From NCBI GenBank assembly GCA_964556105.1, contig CAZKWG010000002.1, positions 1 through 40,159 on the forward strand: a DNA stretch of 40,159 nucleotides, written 5' to 3'. Made by a program: the position numbers and the translations under genes. The number at the start of each line of letters is the position of its first letter. Position 1 is the stretch's first letter. The stretch comes from an uncultured Enterobacterales bacterium (GTDB taxonomy: Bacteria; Myxococcota_A; UBA796; CAZKWG01). The notes under the pieces are model-generated. The model saw nothing but the letters and a program-made list of their open reading frames with translations, ran no database searches and was not told the origin of the DNA. Positions 26,277-33,127 of the stretch are shown here, one piece after another.

Positions 26277-27785
26277 GTGAATTCGCCTGCCGTCATCCCG
26301 CCCGAGCTGCTCACCGAGGTGTGGCGCGAGGTCTGCCGCCACCTGGACATCGAGGAGTCCGCCCGCGGCCTGCTCACCCTGCTGCGCCCCCACCTGCGGC
26401 TCGAGCACCTGATCGTCCGCCGCTGGGACGCCGAGCGCCTGCGCCTGGACACCGTGGCCTCGGCCGGCGGCGGCGCCTGGATGGACGGGCTGGGTGCGCG
26501 CAGCGACCTGAGCGGCCCGCGGCGGGACGAGCTGCTGCGCTGGGCCGCCGCGGGGAGCTCCAGCGCCTGGCGCGGGCGCGAGCAGGACACCCTGGCGCGC
26601 GCGCTGGTGCCGGAGGGTGTCCCCGGTCCAATCACCGTCGGGCCCCTGCTGGAGGGCGGCGTCCTGGTCGGCGTGCTTGTGGTCGGCCTGGGCGGCCAGG
26701 ACGGACCTCGACGGACCGACGCCCTGCTGGAGCCCTTCGCCGCCGCGCTGGCCAACGATCACCGCCTGCACGAGCTGAGCCGCCTGCGCGAGGCCGCCGA
26801 GCAGGATCGGGCCGCCCTGCTCTCCCGCCTGGCGCGCCAGGACGTCTCTGACGCCATCGTCGGCGCCGAGGCCGGGCTGGCCTCCGTCATGGCGCGGGTC
26901 GATCAGGTCGCCCCCACCGACGCGCCCGTGCTCATCCTCGGCGAGACCGGCTCCGGCAAGGAGGTGGTCGCCCGCGCCGTCCACGCCCGCTCGCGCCGCG
27001 CCTCGGGGCCCTTTCTGCGCGTCAACTGCGGGGCGATCCCGCCCGAGCTCATCGACAGCGAGCTGTTCGGGCACGAGCGGGGCAGCTTCACCGGCGCGGT
27101 CAACCTGCGCAAAGGCTGGTTCGAGCGCGCCGACGGCGGCACCCTCTTCCTGGACGAGGTGGGCGAGCTGCCCGCCGCCGCCCAGGTGCGCCTGCTGCGC
27201 GTGCTGCAGGACGGCAGCTTTCAGCGCGTCGGCGGCCAGAGCTCGCACACGGTGGACGTGCGCATCGTCGCCGCCACCCACCGCGACGTCACCACCATGG
27301 TCCAGCAGGGGCAGTTCCGCCAGGACCTGTGGTATCGCATCAGCGTGTTTCCGGTCACGCTCCCCACGCTGCGGCAGCGTCGGGGCGACATCCCCGCGCT
27401 CACCCGCCACTTCTCGGCGCGGGCCGGTGAGCGTCTCTTCGGGCGCGCCCTACAACCCACGGTGGAGGACATCGCGCTGCTCCAGGGCTACGACTGGCCC
27501 GGGAACGTGCGCGAGCTGGCCTCGGTCATCGAGCGCGCCGCCATCCTCGGCGGCGGCCGCACCCTGGACGTGAGCACCGCGCTGGGACCAGGGGTCAGCC
27601 TCGGGCCGGCCAGCCGGGGCCCCGACGAGCGGGAGCAGATCCTGGACGCCTTGAAGAAGACGCGCGGGCGCATCGAGGGCCCCTTCGGCGCGGCGAAGCT
27701 GCTCGGCGTCAACCCCCACACCCTGCGCTCGAGGATGCGGCGCCTCGCCGTGGAGTGGTCGGAGTTCCGCAAGGGCGAGGGCTGA
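26277..27785 (+). CDS. Sigma-54-dependent transcriptional activator (GAF sensor - AAA+ sigma-54 interaction domain - Fis-type HTH); no receiver domain
   Basis: 502 aa. It has Walker A GETGSGKEVVARAVH, the sigma-54 contact loop DSELFGHERGSFTGA, the FLDEVGEL Walker B, and the C-terminal HTH AAKLLGVNPHTLRSRMRRL. The N-terminal ~170 aa look GAF-like. The start is uncertain: GTG at 26277 lies 9 nt after the cysA stop, and the SD spacing is short. Confidence 0.9.
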   Translation: MNSPAVIPPELLTEVWREVCRHLDIEESARGLLTLLRPHLRLEHLIVRRWDAERLRLDTVASAGGGAWMDGLGARSDLSGPRRDELLRWAAAGSSSAWRGREQDTLARALVPEGVPGPITVGPLLEGGVLVGVLVVGLGGQDGPRRTDALLEPFAAALANDHRLHELSRLREAAEQDRAALLSRLARQDVSDAIVGAEAGLASVMARVDQVAPTDAPVLILGETGSGKEVVARAVHARSRRASGPFLRVNCGAIPPELIDSELFGHERGSFTGAVNLRKGWFERADGGTLFLDEVGELPAAAQVRLLRVLQDGSFQRVGGQSSHTVDVRIVAATHRDVTTMVQQGQFRQDLWYRISVFPVTLPTLRQRRGDIPALTRHFSARAGERLFGRALQPTVEDIALLQGYDWPGNVRELASVIERAAILGGGRTLDVSTALGPGVSLGPASRGPDEREQILDALKKTRGRIEGPFGAAKLLGVNPHTLRSRMRRLAVEWSEFRKGEG

Positions 27786-27825
27786 GGTCGCGGCCGGCGC
27801 CCGCGGGCCAGGATAGGGCGCCACT

Positions 27826-28209
27826 GTGACGAGGCTCCTCTCCATCCTCCTGGCCGGCGGGCTCGGCAGCGTCGCGCGCTACCTGGTCACGACCGGGCTG
27901 GCGGCGACCCTGGGGCCGGCGCTCCCCTACGGCACCTTCGCCGTGAACCTGCTCGGCTCGGGGCTGATGGGGCTGCTCTTTGCGCTCGTGGGCGCGGCGC
28001 CGGCGAACGGCCCCACCCTGGCGCTGGTGCTGGGCACGGGCTTCCTCGGCGGGTTCACGACGTTCTCGGCGTTCAGCCTGGACACCTTCCGGCTGGTGCA
28101 GGAGGGGTCGGCGGGGACGGCCTTCGCCTACGCGGCGGCGACGCTGGCCGGCTGCCTGGGGGCGACGGCGCTCGGGTTCATGCTCGGGCAGCGGATCGTT
28201 GCGGGCTAG
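27826..28209 (+). CDS. crcB: Fluoride ion channel CrcB/FluC
   Basis: 127 aa with 4 TM helices. GGLGSVARYLV and GFLGGFTTFSAFSLD are signature blocks. Confidence 0.9.
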   Translation: MTRLLSILLAGGLGSVARYLVTTGLAATLGPALPYGTFAVNLLGSGLMGLLFALVGAAPANGPTLALVLGTGFLGGFTTFSAFSLDTFRLVQEGSAGTAFAYAAATLAGCLGATALGFMLGQRIVAG

Positions 28210-28214
28210 ATTAA

Positions 28215-28757
28215 CTAGCCTGCATCTTCGCCCGCCAGCTCCTCCTCCTCGCGCGTGCCGCTGCGCTCATGGCACCAGGCGCAGCTCGTCTGCCCGCACT
28301 CCGGGCGCGGCTGGCGGCGGACCAGCATGACGGGGACCTGGGCGTGGCGGGCCACCTCCTCGGCGACGCTGCCCAGCACGGCGCGGGCGACGCCGGTGCG
28401 GCCGTGGGTGCCCATGAGGATGAGGTCCGCCTGAAGCGCCTCCGCCTCGCGCTGGATGGTGGGGGCGACGGGGCCGGCGTGGACGACCAGCTGGGGGTCG
28501 GTGGCGCCGTGGGCGCGGGCGATCTCGGCGAAGGGGCGCATGCGCTCCAGCGCGCCGTGCTCGGCCCAGGCCCGCGCGCTCATCGACTGGCCCTCGTGCT
28601 GCACGATGGCGCTGGCGCTCAGGCCCTCGGGCAGCTCGGCGACGTGCAGGAGGGTGACGCGCGCCCCGGTCTGGCGAGCCAGCTCCCCGGCGCCGCCCGC
28701 GACCTGGAGCGAGCAGGTGGAGAAGTCCACAGGGACGAGGATGTGATGGATCTCCAT
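28215..28757 (-). CDS. Universal stress protein (UspA family) with Cys-containing acidic C-terminal tail
   Basis: 180 aa. It has ILVPVDFS...LLHV...LILMGTHGRTGVARAVLGSVAEEVARHAQVPVMLVR. The tail is ECGQTSCAWCHERSGTREEEELAGEDAG. Confidence 0.85.
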   Translation of the reverse strand: MEIHHILVPVDFSTCSLQVAGGAGELARQTGARVTLLHVAELPEGLSASAIVQHEGQSMSARAWAEHGALERMRPFAEIARAHGATDPQLVVHAGPVAPTIQREAEALQADLILMGTHGRTGVARAVLGSVAEEVARHAQVPVMLVRRQPRPECGQTSCAWCHERSGTREEEELAGEDAG

Positions 28758-28773
28758 GGCGGACTCCTGAGGT

Positions 28774-29211
28774 TCAAGGGTTGGTTCTGGCCGCGCGACG
28801 CGCCTCGACCAGGTGGTGAAGCCCCATGCCGCCCAGCATGGCGCCGACGAAGATCAAGGTCGGGGTGGCGCCCGAGACGGCGGCGGTGATCGCCGGCCCC
28901 GGGCAGTAGCCGCCCAGCCCCCAGCCCGCGCCGAAGAGGACCGCGCCGCCCAGCAGGCGGCCATCGACGTCCTTGCGCGTGGGCAGGGCCCAGTGGTCCG
29001 CCATCAGCGGCGCGCGCAGGCGGGGCACCAGCCGGTAGGCCAGGAAGTGGACGGCGATGGCGCCCACCATGACGAAGGCCAGCGAGGGATCCCAGAGGCT
29101 GTCCACGGTCAGGAAGCCCAGCACCTTGTCGGGGCGGGTCATGCCCGAGACCACCAGCCCCAGGCCAAAGATCGTGCCCGCGAGCAGAGAGACGAGGTTC
29201 GAGCGGCTCAA
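28774..29211 (-). CDS. YeeE/YedE-family sulfur-compound transporter half-protein (DUF6691-like)
   Basis: 145 aa with 4 TM helices. It has GLVVSGMTRPDKVLGFL and GAGWGLGGYCPGPA with the conserved Cys. The TTG start overlaps the upstream stop (TTGA) and is preceded by GGAGG. Confidence 0.8.
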   Translation of the reverse strand: MSRSNLVSLLAGTIFGLGLVVSGMTRPDKVLGFLTVDSLWDPSLAFVMVGAIAVHFLAYRLVPRLRAPLMADHWALPTRKDVDGRLLGGAVLFGAGWGLGGYCPGPAITAAVSGATPTLIFVGAMLGGMGLHHLVEARRAARTNP

Positions 29212-29642
29212 GACGCACCTCCACCGAAGAGGGAGACCAGGGTCGCGACCAGGAAGCCGACGCCCATGAAGGTGATCACGCTGGCCAGCGAGCGCGGGCT
29301 GAGGCGGGAGAGCCCGCAGACCCCGTGGCCGCTGGTGCAGCCGTTGCCGAGGCGCGTGCCGTAGCCGACCAGCAGCCCGGCGATGACCAGCTGCGCGGTG
29401 GAGCGGTCGGTCACCACGGCGAGGCTCTGGGGCGCCAGCAGGCTCGCGCCGAGGCCGGCCAGCAGCAGCCCGGCGATGAAGGCGCCCCGCCAGCCCAGGT
29501 CGCCGGGCTTCGGGGTCAGCAGGCCGCCGACGATGCCGCTGATCCCGGCCACCCGACCCTGGACCAGGAGCATCACCGAGGCGGAGAGGCCGATCAGGGC
29601 GCCGCCGAGGGCCGCGGGGATGGGAGAGAAGTCTGGGGACAT
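29208..29642 (-). CDS. YeeE/YedE-family sulfur-compound transporter half-protein
   Basis: This is the C-terminal portion of track ORF 29208..31058. It has GRVAGISGIVGG and GTRLGNGCTSGHGVCGLSRLS (conserved Cys motifs). I chose the start at 29642 (MSPDF...); 29654 (MERHMSPDF) is also possible. Confidence 0.8.
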   Translation of the reverse strand: MSPDFSPIPAALGGALIGLSASVMLLVQGRVAGISGIVGGLLTPKPGDLGWRGAFIAGLLLAGLGASLLAPQSLAVVTDRSTAQLVIAGLLVGYGTRLGNGCTSGHGVCGLSRLSPRSLASVITFMGVGFLVATLVSLFGGGAS

Positions 29643-29674
29643 GTGCCGCTCCATCCGTGAGGTTCGGGGGAGAA

Positions 29675-30415
29675 TCAGGCTTGCTGATAGAGGACGAAGG
29701 CCGCCATCATCAGGACGAAGGTGGCGAAGCCGCGCCGCAGGGCGGCGGGCGGGATCTTGTTGGCCAGGGCGCCGCCGAGGACCGAGCCGAGGACCGCGGC
29801 GGTGGAGATCATCGCTGCCAGCTGCAGGTCTACCTCGACGTGCCCCATGTGTCCGGCGAAGCCGGCGAAGCTCTTCATGGCGATGACCAGCAGCGAGGTC
29901 CCGATGGCCAGCGTCATGGGCAGTCCGCCCAGCAGCGCCAGGGCGGCGACCACCAGGAAGCCGCCGCCCGCGCCGACCAGGCCGGTGACCACGCCCACCA
30001 CGAGGCCGTCCACGACGATCTTCCAGGGCTTCATCCCCTGCGTCGCCTCCGCCGTCGGCTCCTTGCGCCCGCGGAACATGGCCAGCGAGGTGGCGATCAT
30101 CATCAGCGCGAAGAGCACCATCAGGACGTTGGCGGGGACGAGCGCGGCGAGCTTGCCGCCGCCGAAGGCGCCGACCATGCCGGCCGCGCCGAAGATGAGC
30201 CCGATCCGCCAGGAGACGTTCCCGGCCCGCGCGTGCTGGGCCAGCCCGGCCAGCGAGGTCACGCCGACCACCAGCAGGGAGGTGGCGATGGCCGTCTTGG
30301 GCTCCATCCCGAGCGCGTAGACCAGGATGGGGGTGGTGAGGATCGAGCCGCCGCCGCCGAGCAGGCCGAGCGCGACGCCGATGAGGACTGAGAGCACCAG
30401 GGCCAGCGGGAGCAT
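29675..30415 (-). CDS. TauE/SafE (DUF81) family sulfite/organosulfonate exporter-type permease
   Basis: 246 aa with 7-8 TM helices. GLLGGGGSILTTPILVYALGM is the family N-terminal motif. The ATG is preceded by GGAGG. Confidence 0.85.
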   Translation of the reverse strand: MLPLALVLSVLIGVALGLLGGGGSILTTPILVYALGMEPKTAIATSLLVVGVTSLAGLAQHARAGNVSWRIGLIFGAAGMVGAFGGGKLAALVPANVLMVLFALMMIATSLAMFRGRKEPTAEATQGMKPWKIVVDGLVVGVVTGLVGAGGGFLVVAALALLGGLPMTLAIGTSLLVIAMKSFAGFAGHMGHVEVDLQLAAMISTAAVLGSVLGGALANKIPPAALRRGFATFVLMMAAFVLYQQA

Positions 30416-30457
30416 GGGACCTCCGTGGGGCGGGGAGCGCCCACGGTGACCACATTT

Positions 30458-30472
30458 GCAAGACCCGTGCCA
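30458..30472 (-). promoter_or_regulatory. Sigma-54 (-24/-12) promoter of the tauE-yeeE/yedE-usp operon
   Basis: The minus strand reads tTGGCACgggtcTTGCa, a perfect TGGCAC-N5-TTGC. The -12 element lies about 43 nt upstream of the ATG at 30415. Confidence 0.7.
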
Positions 30473-30588
30473 ATCTTAGAATGGCCGCGTTCAACCATCG
30501 GATGTGGCGAAAGCTCCCCCCCCGAGCGGGTCGAGGAGCGCTCCAGGCGTGCCGATATGAGGCGACACGTCGCGACGTCTTGCGACGC

Positions 30589-31049
30589 CAGGCCGCGCTC
30601 AGCCCGTCAGCCAGCTCAGCAGCTCGGGCAGGGCCAGGGCCAGGGTCGCGTCGTCCATCGTCTCCAGCGCGAAGCCCACCGTGATCACCCGCCGCGCGTG
30701 GATCACCGCCGCCGCGCCGCCCGTGTCGTAGGACCAGATGGTCTCCTCCCCCGAGAGCACGTCCGGGTAGTCCTCTTCGTAGGTCACGCCGAAGGTGTAG
30801 GCGCCCGCGACCACGCTGCCGGCGTCGTCGGAGACGTAGGCGGCGTGCAGGTTCTCGGCGAGCCAGGTCGGGTCGGTGGCGTAGCCCAGCTCGGCGCCGC
30901 TGATGATCAGCTTCCCGCCGGCCGCGAGGTGGGCGGCGATCAGGCTCCGCTCGGTCGCGTCCAGGGTGGTGTCCGCGCTCGACTCGTCGCCGAGCAGCCA
31001 GATCACGCCCGCGTAGTCGCTGAGCAGGACGTCGCCGCGGATGACCGCC
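30589..31049. repeat. Direct repeat copy A (461 bp), near-identical to 32667-33127
   Basis: By-eye alignment at a constant offset of 2078 bp found one mismatch (31028 G versus 33106 C, synonymous in the minus-strand frame). Confidence 0.95.
30599..31049 (-). pseudogene. 5'-truncated duplicate of the last 150 codons of the 682-aa lipoprotein gene (32677..34725)
   Basis: The translated sequence ...VIRGDVLLSDYAGVIWLLGDESSADTTLD...LPELLSWLTG is identical to the C-terminus of the downstream gene. Homology stops abruptly at 31049, and there is no plausible start or signal peptide. Confidence 0.85.
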
Positions 31050-31146
31050 GACGACCACGTCTCCTATGAGGACCGCGTCCTGTTCCCGTACCTTCGCGGC
31101 CAGCTCCCGGCGCTCGCGCCGACTCCACCCCCAGTTGCAGGCGAGG

Positions 31147-31530
31147 GGGCAGACGGGGTCGGTGACCGCGACGCAGAGACCTGGCTCAGCCCAAACCGGT
31201 CTGGAGGACCTAAACCTCCATTTCCACTCGATCTTTCTGGACGGATGCTACGCGCGCGATCCACAGGGCAGACCGCGATTCCGGCCCGTGACGCCGCACA
31301 CGTCCGACGTGGAGAAGCTGCTGGTGGAGATCGCCATCGCCTGCGAGGACTGGCTGTCGAAGTCCGGCTTCGCCCCGGTCTGGAGGACCCGACGACGACG
31401 TGTCGGATCTGGACGACGATGGCCTGGGCCTGTTCCAGGCCGCGGCGGCGGCCGGGTACTCGGCGGTGCGGGGCGTGCCGACCCCTGTGGCACGGCGGGT
31501 GCAGGTGATCCGGGGAAAAGAGCTGGAGAG
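31147..31530 (+). mobile_element. Degenerate internal fragment of an IS91-family (HUH rolling-circle) transposase gene
   Basis: GSVTATQRPGSA...LNLHFHSIFLDGCYARDPQGRPRFRPVTPHTSDVEKLL resembles the IS91-family block around the HUH motif (G.VT.IQRFGS.LNLN.HFH.L.LDGVY). After a frameshift near 31380 the similarity continues as DDDGLGLFQAAAAAGYSAVRG...ARRVQVIRG. The N- and C-terminal parts of the transposase are absent. Confidence 0.45.
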
Positions 31531-31705
31531 GGAGAGCTGTACCACCTCGCGTTCGACATCGCAGAGATAGAGCACGGTAACATCAACGTCGAGCCCGAAG
31601 CGGAGGGGTGGATGCACCTCGTCGTCGAGGGAGATCTGAGCTCTGGCCACCTGGAGGGTTCGGCGTCTACGGATATCATCTCCTACTTCACTCAGGAGCC
31701 GACCG

Positions 31706-32068
31706 GTGAACGAGCAGAGATCATCGCGCAGGCCTTCAACAAGCTCCCTTTCACTCACTGAAACCACACCCTGTTCCCACAGCTCGCTGGCCCTGCCGCG
31801 CGGGCTGCTCCTCGCCCTGACCTTCGTCCTGGGGTGCGCCGAGGACCCGACCGTGTGTGACTGGGTCGAAGGGGAGTTCTGCTATCAGTGTAACGATGGC
31901 GCCGTCACCTGCACCTACGACGGCGTCTCGGTGACGACCGAGGCCTGCGACGGCTGCCAGACCCGACTCGCGCTCTTCGACGAGCTGTGCGCGATGGGCC
32001 GAACCGAGAGCCGCGCGGAGGTCGATGCGTCGATGGTGTGTGAGCCCGCCGACACGGGCGCGGAGTAG
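31706..32068 (+). CDS. Small Cys-rich putative lipoprotein (orphan)
   Basis: GC3 is high. The signal-like segment LLLALTFVLGC contains a lipobox. The roughly 75-aa mature part contains 8 Cys. The start is uncertain: GTG at 31706 gives a long N-terminal region, and the 5' end may be disrupted. Confidence 0.35.
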   Translation: MNEQRSSRRPSTSSLSLTETTPCSHSSLALPRGLLLALTFVLGCAEDPTVCDWVEGEFCYQCNDGAVTCTYDGVSVTTEACDGCQTRLALFDELCAMGRTESRAEVDASMVCEPADTGAE

Positions 32069-32079
32069 CCGGCCCCGCC

Positions 32080-32643
32080 CTACTCCTCCGCCCCGAACTC
32101 CGGGTAGCAGATCGCCACGCTCCCGCTGACCACCCAGAACCGGAACCCCGCCTCACCGCCGCCGCGGTGGGTCATGCGAACGTCCAGCGGGTAGACGCCG
32201 GACCGGATGGAGACCGTCTGGTTCTCCGGGGCGAAGGTCTCCGTGGCCTCCACGCTGGCGATCACCTGGTCGTCCAGCAGCACCCAGCCGTCCGTGGTCG
32301 CGCCCAGCGCCAGCACCACGTCCCCGCTGGACAGCGCCCGCAGCCAGGCCGTCCAGCGCACCGAGAAATAGCCCGGGTTCTCCGCCAGATCCTCGTCCAC
32401 CGGCCACCAGTTCTCGCCGAACACCAGGCTCGTGTCGTAGCGCTGGAAGGCCAGGTCCCCGGCCTCCCACAGCGGCGCTGTCAGCGGGTCGAGGTCCGAC
32501 AGCTCCAGGCCCTGTTCCGCCTCGGCGCCAGGCGCGTTCACGCCACGCGGGCGGTCCCGCACCGCGAGCGCCTCGCCGTTCAAAAAGCCGAACCGACGAG
32601 AGCTCGCGCGCCGCGACCTCGGACGCTGGGCGACACGTCGCAA
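32080..32643 (-). CDS. PA14-like domain protein, probably a 5'-truncated fragment
   Basis: YFSVRWTAWLRALSSGDVVLALGATTDGWVLLDDQVI...GVYPLDVRMTHRGGGEAGFRFWV matches the PA14 pattern (FSVRWTG...DDG..L.IDG...G.YPI.V.Y....G.A...L.W). There is no signal peptide. The N-terminal 30 aa look non-native, and the ATG lies inside the 32630-32661 hairpin. Confidence 0.45.
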   Translation of the reverse strand: MRRVAQRPRSRRASSRRFGFLNGEALAVRDRPRGVNAPGAEAEQGLELSDLDPLTAPLWEAGDLAFQRYDTSLVFGENWWPVDEDLAENPGYFSVRWTAWLRALSSGDVVLALGATTDGWVLLDDQVIASVEATETFAPENQTVSIRSGVYPLDVRMTHRGGGEAGFRFWVVSGSVAICYPEFGAEE

Positions 32644-32661
32644 AAGGGTGCGACGTGTCGC
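32630..32661. repeat. Perfect 12-bp-stem inverted repeat GCGACACGTCGC-N8-GCGACGTGTCGC
   Basis: Read directly from the sequence. It sits 6 bp outside the left end of repeat copy B, between the stop of the 682-aa gene and the PA14-like ORF. Confidence 0.8.
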
Positions 32662-32666
32662 GACGT

Positions 32667-33127
32667 CAGGCCGCGCTCAGCCCGTCAGCCAGCTCAGCAG
32701 CTCGGGCAGGGCCAGGGCCAGGGTCGCGTCGTCCATCGTCTCCAGCGCGAAGCCCACCGTGATCACCCGCCGCGCGTGGATCACCGCCGCCGCGCCGCCC
32801 GTGTCGTAGGACCAGATGGTCTCCTCCCCCGAGAGCACGTCCGGGTAGTCCTCTTCGTAGGTCACGCCGAAGGTGTAGGCGCCCGCGACCACGCTGCCGG
32901 CGTCGTCGGAGACGTAGGCGGCGTGCAGGTTCTCGGCGAGCCAGGTCGGGTCGGTGGCGTAGCCCAGCTCGGCGCCGCTGATGATCAGCTTCCCGCCGGC
33001 CGCGAGGTGGGCGGCGATCAGGCTCCGCTCGGTCGCGTCCAGGGTGGTGTCCGCGCTCGACTCGTCGCCGAGCAGCCAGATCACGCCCGCGTAGTCGCTG
33101 AGCAGCACGTCGCCGCGGATGACCGCC
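32667..33127. repeat. Direct repeat copy B (461 bp), part of the intact 682-aa lipoprotein gene
   Basis: See copy A for the alignment. Confidence 0.95.

Noticed and set aside
27786-27825. Looked for a fluoride (crcB-motif) riboswitch upstream of crcB.
   Set aside because: Only 40 nt separate the EBP stop from the crcB start. I could not find the conserved riboswitch core or pseudoknot. crcB is more likely read through from the upstream operon.
29643-31058. N-terminal 470-aa extension of track ORF 29208..31058.
   Set aside because: The translation is Arg/Pro/Gly junk that runs through the TauE gene in another frame and across an intergenic promoter. Only the last ~144 codons (YeeE/YedE-like) look like protein.
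31210-31767. 185-aa minus-strand ORF across the IS remnant region.
   Set aside because: Its third-codon positions coincide with first positions of the + frame and have lower GC than the + frame's GC3. The distal part is Arg/Pro junk. The + strand reading is favoured, though neither is secure.
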